From the IMG/VR virus record IMGVR_UViG_3300017963_000253, positions 1 through 64,000 of that record: a DNA stretch of 64,000 nt; one strand, 5' to 3'. The DNA is from a virus. How positions within the stretch are numbered: position 1 is the stretch's first letter; every line of letters starts with the position of its first letter. The translations under genes and the position numbers were made by a program. The notes under the pieces are model-generated. The model was not told where the DNA came from, ran no database searches, and saw only the letters and a list, made by a program, of their open reading frames with translations. Below, piece by piece: positions 10,178 to 18,161 of this stretch.

Positions 10178-10492
10178 ATGAGCAGCGGAGTATCAAGGAA
10201 CATCAGCGGGTCCTACGTGGGGACCGGTGTGGCGCAGAACATCGAACTCGACAAGGTGGGCTTCGAGCCCAAGCGGGTCCGGATCTACCGGATGGCGGCG
10301 GGCGCTTACGACGTCGCGGAGCACCTGAAGGGGATGGACGACGACTCCTTCCTCAAGACCAACGGCGCGGACGGCGTCCGCTCCCTGGTGGCGTCGGAGG
10401 GCGTGACCCTGCTGGATACCGGCTTCTCCGTGGGGACGGACGACTCGGTCAACAACGCGGGGGACACCTTCCGGTACTTCTGCGAGGAGTAA
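10178..10492 (+). CDS. small tail-associated protein
   Basis: AGGAGG RBS; GSYVGTG..QNI...GFEPKRV motif seen in fibre/decoration domains; lies between sheath and tube. Confidence 0.6.
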   Translation: MSSGVSRNISGSYVGTGVAQNIELDKVGFEPKRVRIYRMAAGAYDVAEHLKGMDDDSFLKTNGADGVRSLVASEGVTLLDTGFSVGTDDSVNNAGDTFRYFCEE

Positions 10493-10558
10493 GCCCGGAG
10501 GATCTCGCGTAACCCGAACTGACCTCCGGTCAACCGGAGCTGGAAGGAGACGATTCCT

Positions 10559-10996
10559 ATGAAGATGACCCTGTTGCCGGATCATATCCCGGTCAACGAC
10601 TTCGAACTCATCGTTCCCGGTGGACCCCCCATCCTGAACTTCATCACGATGGACGGGTTCGAGAACGAGTTGGAGACCGTCGACCTCCCGGACCGGACAA
10701 CCGCGAGCGGGGGGAACACGAAGCCAATTGAGTTTCCCGCCACGCACCCGAAGCATCACACCGCGGAGGACGTATTCCTCCACGCGTGGCATCAGCAGTC
10801 GGTTGCGGCTCTCCCGGGGTACAAGAAGGCCTGCACTCTGCTCATCCGTTCGGTCTCTGGGCTCAACGTCCGATCCTACAACCTGCTGGGGATGTACCCC
10901 TTCAAGTGGAAGATCGCGGACAAGGACAGTGAGAACGAGGGCGAGATGGACGTCACGGAGTGGACGTTCAAGGCGGACCTTCCCATCGCGCTCTAG
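10559..10996 (+). CDS. tail tube protein (T4 gp19/eCIS tube-like)
   Basis: 145 aa after sheath; FELIV...F..MDG.E.E.ETV...W...KK.CTL....G..VRSYNL.GMYP.KW pattern. Confidence 0.8.
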   Translation: MKMTLLPDHIPVNDFELIVPGGPPILNFITMDGFENELETVDLPDRTTASGGNTKPIEFPATHPKHHTAEDVFLHAWHQQSVAALPGYKKACTLLIRSVSGLNVRSYNLLGMYPFKWKIADKDSENEGEMDVTEWTFKADLPIAL

Positions 10997-11115
10997 CCGG
11001 AGGGCGCGGAAGCGCCGCCAACAGGCCGGGAACCACGGCACCTGGGGCGGGCGCGTACCCCCCGACTAGGTAAACCCTCACAAGGGCGAAGAGCCCACTT
11101 GGAGGAGTCAACTCA

Positions 11116-12045
11116 ATGAGCAACGTAGAAGAGAAACTGGAACCCGGAGCGGACGCGGAGCGGCGCGTCCTGGACCCGATCCTAGGGGAGATCCCCCCGG
11201 ACCTTTTGAAGCTGGACGCGGAGGAGGACGCGGAGGACGCGGAGAAGCTCCCCACTCTAGCGGAGGTGGGGAGGGTTCTTCCGATCGGGTTCGAGGACCA
11301 GAACGGGGAGCGCCACCGGGACTTTGAATTGGTGGAGTGGAACTGGGACCTGGAGGAGGCCCTCGGGGAACTGGCGGAGAACGAGTCAGAGATGCTCCTG
11401 AACCAGTACGTCTCGGAGCTGATCGGTCACGGGGTGAAGCGGATCGGGAGCGTGGACTTCTCCAAACTGAAGCGGAGTCAGCGCCGGACCCTGGTCCGGA
11501 ACCTCTACTTCGCGGACGCCCTCTACCTCTACGTCTGGATCCGCATCGCCGCCCTGGGACACGGGCTCAAGTTCGAGCCCTTCAAGCACTGCCGGGGCAA
11601 GTACATCGAGCGCTACGTCGGGGACCTCCGGACCCTGGAGGTCCGGACGTTCGACGAGGGGGTTCCGACCCGGGAGGTGAAGCTGGAGCACGGGGTTCAG
11701 TACGCCGGGAAGCGGTTGACGGACTTCACGGTGGGGCCGATCCGCTGGGCGTTCATGGAGACGGACGACCCGGGACAGTTGACGAACCAGGCCAAGTACA
11801 AGAAGGCGGTCCTCCGTCAGGGAGTCGTGGGTTTGAAGGGCGCGCCGGAGGGTCCGGTCTACCTGACGCGGGAGCACCTCCGGAGTATGAAGCCGCGGGA
11901 GATCGACCGCCTCGTGGACGAGATCGACCAGTCCAACGGGGGTCTCGTGATGGAGGTCCGGGACAGATGCCCGCACTGCAAGAAGGAGTTTCGCCACCCG
12001 ATCAACTGGAGACACGACGCTTTTTTCGCGCCGTCCTCCCACTGA
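11116..12045 (+). CDS. tail assembly chaperone (G-like)
   Basis: Between tube and tape measure; CPHC zinc motif; ends at a slippery site. Confidence 0.7.
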   Translation: MSNVEEKLEPGADAERRVLDPILGEIPPDLLKLDAEEDAEDAEKLPTLAEVGRVLPIGFEDQNGERHRDFELVEWNWDLEEALGELAENESEMLLNQYVSELIGHGVKRIGSVDFSKLKRSQRRTLVRNLYFADALYLYVWIRIAALGHGLKFEPFKHCRGKYIERYVGDLRTLEVRTFDEGVPTREVKLEHGVQYAGKRLTDFTVGPIRWAFMETDDPGQLTNQAKYKKAVLRQGVVGLKGAPEGPVYLTREHLRSMKPREIDRLVDEIDQSNGGLVMEVRDRCPHCKKEFRHPINWRHDAFFAPSSH

Positions 12046-12218
12046 CCAGTAGGAACCAGCTCTGGGAGGAGGAGTTTGCGATAGTTCTCGGTTCGGAGGG
12101 GGCCTACTCCCCGGCGGACGTTCGGGAGATGACCCCGGAGAAGCGTATTTGGGTGCTACGGAGGATCGGGGACCTGGGGAAGAAGCGGAGGGAGGCGGCT
12201 AAGAAGAAGGGGTTCTAG
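12021..12218 (+). CDS. -1 frameshift extension of tail assembly chaperone (GT-like)
   Basis: T TTT TTC heptamer at 12021-12027; -1 frame reads FFRAVLPLTSRNQLWEEEF...VREMTPEKRIW...KKKGF and ends 20 nt before the tape measure gene. Confidence 0.75.
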   Translation, partial: FFRAVLPLTSRNQLWEEEFAIVLGSEGAYSPADVREMTPEKRIWVLRRIGDLGKKRREAAKKKGF

Positions 12219-12238
12219 AACCCCGGGAGGAGCGGTAG

Positions 12239-14791
12239 ATGAAGAAGTTCGGGATCGCGGCGTACCTCTCCTTCGTGGACAAGGGAGCCACCGCGGCTAT
12301 GGGCCGGGTAGGCCGTGCCGCGACCGTCCTCCAGAGTCGCTTTCGCGGGATAGGAACGGGGGTCTCCCAGGTCGGGACCGGGATGACCGGGTTGGCGATG
12401 ACCCTGGCTCCCGCCGCCGCTGGACTCGGCCTAATGGCCAAGAAGGGGGCGGACTTCCAGCAGAGCGTGGCAAACCTCCGCGCCGTGACCCTGGACGTCA
12501 CAAACAGCACCACCCCGGCGCTTCGGAGCCTGGCTAAGACGCTCGGGGCGACCACGGTCTTCTCCGCGACTCAGTCCGCGAACGCGATGACGGAGTTAGC
12601 GCGCGCCGGTCTGGACACCCAGCAGATCATGGGGGCGGTTCGGGGCACCCTGGACGCGGCAGCGGCGGAGGGGATCGACCTCGCGTCCGCGGCTCGGATG
12701 GTCTCCTCGAACATGAAGGCGTTCAACATGGACGCTTCGGAGGCCTCCAAGATCGCCGGGATGCTCGCGCTCGCCTCCGCCCGTACCAACACGAACATGA
12801 CCCTGCTTCAGGAGTCCCTGAAGCTCGCCGCCCCCGCCGTGAAGGACTTGAAGATCCCGATGGCGGACACCGTGGCGCTCGTGGGGGCGATGGCGGACAT
12901 CGGTCTGCGCGGGACGCTGGGAGCTACGGGGCTCCGGGCCGCGGTGGGTAAGCTCCTGAACCCCACGAAGGACGCCCGGAAGGCGATGTCCGCGATGGGG
13001 GTCTCCTTCGCGAAGGTCCAGGAGATGCTGGACCGGAAGGACTTGGCGGGGGTCTTCAAGATGGTGATGACCCAGCTCCGGGGGATCCCCAGCAACTCGA
13101 AGCGGGCGGCGCTGGCGGTGCGCCTCTTCGGGATCCGCGGTCGCTCGATGGTGGCGGCGATGGACCTCTCCGACACCGCGATGAAGCGGTTCAACGTCAC
13201 GCTGGAGAAGCTCCGTAAGGAGACCGGGCAGACCGCGACGGACATGAAGAACATCCAGCTGAACACCCTCCGCGGTCAGGTGACGCTCCTCTCCTCCGCA
13301 TTCGAGGGTCTCTCCATCGAGATCTTCGACGCCTTCTCCACGGAGATACGGAGCGGGGTTGAGTCGTTGGGAAGTGGGATCCAAAACGTGGCGCTGGCGT
13401 TGCGGGTTATGAGCGGGGAGAAGATAATCGACCCGGACGCGGCGAAGCGGGTCAAGGAGATGAGTCCGGTCTTCTTCGAGATTGCTAGGGGGATCAGGGA
13501 GGGACTTGGGGAGGTTAAGTCCGCGATCCGGAGCGTGGGGGAGTCCGTCGGGTGGTTGGGGGAGAAGTTCGGTCTAACCGGGGATGGGAGCGCGCAGAGC
13601 ACGGCGCGGATAATCACCAAGGTGACCCTACTCGCGGCGGCGTTCGCTCCGGTGGCGCTGGCTATCGGTGGGGTGACCCGTCTCTTCGTCTCCCTAGGAC
13701 AGGTGGCGGCGGGGACCGCGAAGATCGTGGGGAACACCTTGGCGCTCGCCGCGAAGGGGGCCGGGGGACTCCTTGGGGTTGTGGGGAAGCGGGTCCCGAA
13801 GCTGGGGGCGTTCCTCGGGAAGTTCGGCGGACTCCTCGGGAAGGCGGGGCGTTTGACAGAGCAGGTCACGGCGCAGCCGGTCCGCGTGGTGAACTTTGGG
13901 GAGATGGGAATGGGGACCGCGGCGGCGAAGGTCCTCCCGGGGACCTCCTCCGGGGCGCGGGAGCTGGAGTTGGCAGGGAGTAAGGTGAAGGGGGTCCTCT
14001 CCAGGTTCGGGACCGCGGTCAACGGGGTGACCTCCAAGCTGGGTCAGTTCGGACTCCTGGGGGCCGCGGCCGGGTTGGGGGTGGCGATCGGGACTCTGAT
14101 AGACCGGATGACCGGGGCGTCCGATAAGATCTCGGACGCGGCGATGGAAGTCCGGAACTCCATCTCCAAGCCCGCTCAGGACGCCGCGAACTCGATGACT
14201 CGGACCCTGATAGCGGCGGAGTCCATCGAGAAGGCGGTGGCGTTGAGCAGGAGAGGGATCAAGACGGTGGGCGTAGCGGGGACCGACAAGCGGGTGGGGT
14301 TAGACCGGGCGGCGGTCCAGGCGCGTATCGTGGAGGGCTTTCGCCGGAACAACTTGACTCAGAAGCAGATAGCGCTGCAGCTCACGCGCCTCCAGCCATT
14401 CCTAGCGCGTCTACCCGCCGCTCCCACCGGGGTGAAGGTGAGCAAGCCGAAGGTGGCGCGGGACGCCATGATCGAGCGCGGGGGGCTGATCCCGGTCTCC
14501 GCCGGGGACGTGGTCCTGGACCGCGCCAGCCTGGCCAGGGCGGTCGTTTCCCAGATGAGGGGTGGCCTAGTACCCCGCGCCGTTTCGGAGGCCACCGCGG
14601 GCGGATCCGGGGCTCCTAGGGGGTCCGGGGGTGGGGAGACGGTGGTAGCGGTGCCGGTCTCCATAGACGGGCGGGAAGTGGCGCGCGCCGTCGCCCGGGT
14701 GAAGCTGGACGAGCTGGAGCGGAGCGGGGCGCAGATGAGGCCCGGGGATCGAACCAACCTGCTGGAGCGCGGCTTCGAGGGGGTGAAATGA
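12239..14791 (+). CDS. tail tape measure protein (TP901-type core)
   Basis: 850 aa Ala/Gly-rich helical; LGATTVFSATQSANAMTELARAG...LDAAAA...GTLGATGLR motifs. Confidence 0.93.
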   Translation: MKKFGIAAYLSFVDKGATAAMGRVGRAATVLQSRFRGIGTGVSQVGTGMTGLAMTLAPAAAGLGLMAKKGADFQQSVANLRAVTLDVTNSTTPALRSLAKTLGATTVFSATQSANAMTELARAGLDTQQIMGAVRGTLDAAAAEGIDLASAARMVSSNMKAFNMDASEASKIAGMLALASARTNTNMTLLQESLKLAAPAVKDLKIPMADTVALVGAMADIGLRGTLGATGLRAAVGKLLNPTKDARKAMSAMGVSFAKVQEMLDRKDLAGVFKMVMTQLRGIPSNSKRAALAVRLFGIRGRSMVAAMDLSDTAMKRFNVTLEKLRKETGQTATDMKNIQLNTLRGQVTLLSSAFEGLSIEIFDAFSTEIRSGVESLGSGIQNVALALRVMSGEKIIDPDAAKRVKEMSPVFFEIARGIREGLGEVKSAIRSVGESVGWLGEKFGLTGDGSAQSTARIITKVTLLAAAFAPVALAIGGVTRLFVSLGQVAAGTAKIVGNTLALAAKGAGGLLGVVGKRVPKLGAFLGKFGGLLGKAGRLTEQVTAQPVRVVNFGEMGMGTAAAKVLPGTSSGARELELAGSKVKGVLSRFGTAVNGVTSKLGQFGLLGAAAGLGVAIGTLIDRMTGASDKISDAAMEVRNSISKPAQDAANSMTRTLIAAESIEKAVALSRRGIKTVGVAGTDKRVGLDRAAVQARIVEGFRRNNLTQKQIALQLTRLQPFLARLPAAPTGVKVSKPKVARDAMIERGGLIPVSAGDVVLDRASLARAVVSQMRGGLVPRAVSEATAGGSGAPRGSGGGETVVAVPVSIDGREVARAVARVKLDELERSGAQMRPGDRTNLLERGFEGVK

Positions 14792-15594
14792 CCGCTGGAA
14801 TCGGGGGGCACGGGAAGAACCAGAAGCTCTGGAGCCTCTGGGACCAGGACCGGGACGAGGTGATCTACGGTCAGTTCACGGCGGAGGGGGTCCAACGGTT
14901 TCTGGGGGCCAACATCGCGCAGTCCTCCACGATGAACTCCCAGTACCCGATCCTCCAGTGGGTCTCCGGGGACCTTGAGGAGATCTCCTTCGACGCCAGA
15001 CTCTGGGCGAACGACGCGGGGGACTTCACGGTAGAGCAGCGTTTGGACCGCCTGGAGGATCTGATCCGCCGGAACTCGGACCTGGAGCGCCCGCCGGTCT
15101 GCACCTTTGGCTGGGGGGACGTTGCCTCCCTGGTCGTGGACTGCCTGGTTCGCTCAATGAGCGAGGGGTTCGACGAGGTGCGGGACGATGGGACCCTCCG
15201 CGGCGTCTCCATTCGGATCTCCCTCGCGCGGTACGAGGCGGTGGAGTTCTCCCCCACGGACTCCTCTCTCCCGGAGCGGATGACCCGGATCCGGCGCGCC
15301 CGGAAGGGGGACACCTACGAGCGGATCGCCCTCCTGGAGTACGGAGATCCGGAGCTGGGGGTCCTCCTCCGGCAGCTGAACCCCCGCCTCCCCGGGATGC
15401 CCCTCGCGGACCTGAACCCGAAGGACCCGGTCCACGTCTACCCGGAGGACTTCCTCCTGAGCAAGCCGATAGAGCCGGAGTTCCACGCGTTCAAGAGCGG
15501 GCCGGGGTACGAGGCGGCGGAGGAGCGGCGGCGGGAGATCTTCGACGCGCGGGGCGGGGACACCTACTCCACGATCTACCCGAGGAGCGGCTAG
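14788..15594 (+). CDS. tail tube initiator/baseplate hub protein with LysM-like domain
   Basis: LQWVSG..EEISFD...PPVCTFGWG and KGDTYERIALLEYGDP (LysM/gpX-like). Confidence 0.75.
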   Translation: MTAGIGGHGKNQKLWSLWDQDRDEVIYGQFTAEGVQRFLGANIAQSSTMNSQYPILQWVSGDLEEISFDARLWANDAGDFTVEQRLDRLEDLIRRNSDLERPPVCTFGWGDVASLVVDCLVRSMSEGFDEVRDDGTLRGVSIRISLARYEAVEFSPTDSSLPERMTRIRRARKGDTYERIALLEYGDPELGVLLRQLNPRLPGMPLADLNPKDPVHVYPEDFLLSKPIEPEFHAFKSGPGYEAAEERRREIFDARGGDTYSTIYPRSG

Positions 15595-15595
15595 G

Positions 15596-15817
15596 ATGAC
15601 CTCCCTGGAGTTCGACAGGAAGGACTGGGAGGCGCTCCACGAGTTCATCTCGGCGGCGAACGAGGCCCGTTTGGTTATAAAGCGGGCGTGTGACAAGGGG
15701 AAGCAGCAGATCTCGACGAATCAGGAGGCGATCCAGAACCTCCTGAACCAGGACATCCCTCCCGCGGTCTGGCTCAAGCTCGGGGGGATCCTCTCAGACC
15801 GCTTGAAGGGGGACTAG
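15596..15817 (+). CDS. hypothetical protein
   Basis: 73 aa ORF filling the gap between baseplate genes. Confidence 0.55.
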   Translation: MTSLEFDRKDWEALHEFISAANEARLVIKRACDKGKQQISTNQEAIQNLLNQDIPPAVWLKLGGILSDRLKGD

Positions 15818-15818
15818 G

Positions 15819-17018
15819 ATGCGGAAGGTAAACGTCGATCACCTCGCTCCGCGCTACTTGATTCGAGTAGAGGGTACGAAGCTGAAGGCGGACGTTACCC
15901 AGTTCATCCGGGGGGTGGAGTACCACGAGGACGAGGACTCCGCCTCCCGAATCTCCCTGACCGTAGCAAACCCTCGGTTTCGATTCCTAGAGTCCAAGAT
16001 CTTCGCGGAGGGGAACCGGGTGGACCTCTGGATGGGTTACGTGGGGAGACCGCTCCGTTTCCAGAACCGCGGGATCATCGTCCGCCCCAACCCTCTCTTC
16101 CCCCGCGGGGGAATGCCCGTCTTGAACGTGGTCGCCCACGACGTCTCCCGGAAGTTGATGGAACCCGGGGAGGGGGATAAGGGGAAGCTGTACCGGAAGA
16201 AGCGGGACTCGGATATTGCCTCTGAAATCTTCCGGGAGATCGAGGCGGCTCCCTTCGTTTACGAGACCCGGGCGATTCAAACCCGGGTTCGGAAGCGGGG
16301 AGTCTCGAAGTGGGAGTTCCTCCGCCGGTTGGCAAGGCTCCACAACTTCGTGGTCTTCACGCGCTACGACCCGACGCGGAACGTCACCTACGGGTTCTTC
16401 GGACCCCCGGATCAGGAGGACCAGCCGCGGAAGTACTCCTTCGTCTACGGGTCCGGGGAGCCGGACGCGACCTGCCTGGAGTTCTACCCGGACCTCTCTC
16501 TGGCGTCCCAGGAGACGGAGTTGACGCTGGTCTACACGGACCCGAAGAAGCGGAAGACCTACTCCCTCCAGTTGAAGGTCCGGGGGAAGACCGCGGAGGT
16601 GACCAAGTTCTCCGGGGTCTCCGGGACTCGGGAACTGAAGAAGGAGATCCGGAACGGGACGGAGGTCCAGTTGACCGTCTTCGGGCAGCGGGCGGAGGTC
16701 GTCCCGGGGAAGCGGTTCTCCTCCGTCCGGGAGGCCAAGCGTTGGGCCGCGGCGTGGTGGGCGCGCCGGGAGTCCGAGTTCGCCTTCGCCACCGGCACCG
16801 TTCTAGGGGAGGCGGACCTCCGCCGCGGACAGGTCCACGCGTTCAGAGGACTGGGGAATCGCCTCTCAGGGGACTGGCAGTTGACTAGCGTCACCCAGCG
16901 TCAAGACGGGCGAAGCCTCTTCGAGTCCTCCTTCTCCGCGCGGAAGGTGGTACTGGCCAGCGTGGTGGGGGCACCGGACTCCGTGAGCAACGTCCGGAGG
17001 GAGGAGGCGGCGCAGTGA
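15819..17018 (+). CDS. baseplate hub / late control D-like protein
   Basis: VDLWMGY...DSDIA.EI...SKWEFLRRLA...G.LG...LSGDW.LTSV motifs. Confidence 0.8.
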   Translation: MRKVNVDHLAPRYLIRVEGTKLKADVTQFIRGVEYHEDEDSASRISLTVANPRFRFLESKIFAEGNRVDLWMGYVGRPLRFQNRGIIVRPNPLFPRGGMPVLNVVAHDVSRKLMEPGEGDKGKLYRKKRDSDIASEIFREIEAAPFVYETRAIQTRVRKRGVSKWEFLRRLARLHNFVVFTRYDPTRNVTYGFFGPPDQEDQPRKYSFVYGSGEPDATCLEFYPDLSLASQETELTLVYTDPKKRKTYSLQLKVRGKTAEVTKFSGVSGTRELKKEIRNGTEVQLTVFGQRAEVVPGKRFSSVREAKRWAAAWWARRESEFAFATGTVLGEADLRRGQVHAFRGLGNRLSGDWQLTSVTQRQDGRSLFESSFSARKVVLASVVGAPDSVSNVRREEAAQ

Positions 17019-17722
17019 AGCGGGAACTCCAGTTGGGTACGGTCTTGGACTCCGCGGATCCCTCCGCTCAGGGTGGGGCGCAGCTGCAGATAAACGAGAT
17101 CCTGGACGGTGCGGCGCTGGACCTCCCGGACTTCGTCCCCGGACGCTACCCCTTCGCGGGGAACGGGGAGGGCTTCTACTACGCGCCCCAGAGAGGGGCG
17201 CTCCTGGAGGTGGAGGTCGAGGAGGACCCGGAGGACGCGGTGGAGGAGTTGTCCCCCCGCTGGGTCGGGATGCTCTACTCTGACGAGGACCAGATCCCGG
17301 CGGAGTTTCGGAGCGACCCGGTGAATCGCGGGGGAATCAAGTTTGGGGAGGAGGTCTTCCTCCAGGACAAGGTGAAGGCGTTGACGGCGCTCATCTCCGC
17401 GGCGCTCCGCCTAGGGGAGGAAGGTGCGACGGAGGCGGTGATGAGGGGGGACGCCTGGAACTCCGCTTGGGACACCTGGGTCTCCGCCCTGGATCAGTAC
17501 CTTAGCGCGGAGGTCACGTGCGCCAACATAACGGCTACGAACTTCCAGGCCCTGGCGACGGCGTCCGCGGTCCCACCCCTAACGCCCCTCCAACCTCTCT
17601 TCCAGGCGTTGGCCACCGCTTGGACGAACTTCGGGGCGGCTATCCCGGGGTTCCAGACCGCGACCTCGACCCGGAAGGGACAGAAGCAGACGTGGCTCTC
17701 AACCAAGGTGAAGACGGAGTAG
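17015..17722 (+). CDS. baseplate central spike (gpV/gp45-like)
   Basis: N-terminal OB-fold (GTVLDSADP...GFYYAP.RG.L.EV), LGEEGATEAVMRGD, C-terminal LSTKVKTE. Confidence 0.7.
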   Translation: MKRELQLGTVLDSADPSAQGGAQLQINEILDGAALDLPDFVPGRYPFAGNGEGFYYAPQRGALLEVEVEEDPEDAVEELSPRWVGMLYSDEDQIPAEFRSDPVNRGGIKFGEEVFLQDKVKALTALISAALRLGEEGATEAVMRGDAWNSAWDTWVSALDQYLSAEVTCANITATNFQALATASAVPPLTPLQPLFQALATAWTNFGAAIPGFQTATSTRKGQKQTWLSTKVKTE

Positions 17723-17725
17723 AGT

Positions 17726-18157
17726 ATGGCTAGAGGGATGGCAATTCCGGTGAGAACGAATCGGCGGGGCGGAGCCTTCCTGATAGAGGCGTCCCGCTAC
17801 CTCCGGCAGGTGGTCTTCTACGGATTGACCCCAAACTTGAATATGAACCCGTTCCAGGCCGGGGGTGGCGTGGAGATTGGGATCTCCGAGCGGGTGATCT
17901 TCTCCAACCTGACCCCAGTGGCGCGGAGTCTGGCGCGCCGGGGGATAGGTCGGTTCTTCGCCAGGTTGAGGGCGGAGGACATCGCCCGCCTCGTACCCGG
18001 TGCGGAGGGTCTCTCCTTCGAGGACGCGGACGGGGAGCTGATCGCAAACGTCCGGTACCTGGATCTCGAGGCGGACGAGGAGAACGTGGTGAGGACCAAC
18101 ATGATCGGGGCGTTGGGGGGAACCGCTCCGAACAACACCAACCTCTCGGAGGGTTAG
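17726..18157 (+). CDS. baseplate wedge gp25/gpW-like protein
   Basis: Size and position between spike and baseplate J. Confidence 0.55.
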   Translation: MARGMAIPVRTNRRGGAFLIEASRYLRQVVFYGLTPNLNMNPFQAGGGVEIGISERVIFSNLTPVARSLARRGIGRFFARLRAEDIARLVPGAEGLSFEDADGELIANVRYLDLEADEENVVRTNMIGALGGTAPNNTNLSEG

Positions 18158-18161
18158 CGGC

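Noticed and set aside
11337-12020. 5' part of the 293 aa ORF overlapping the chaperone
   Set aside because: Low-complexity alternative frame; only the part after the slippery site is credible
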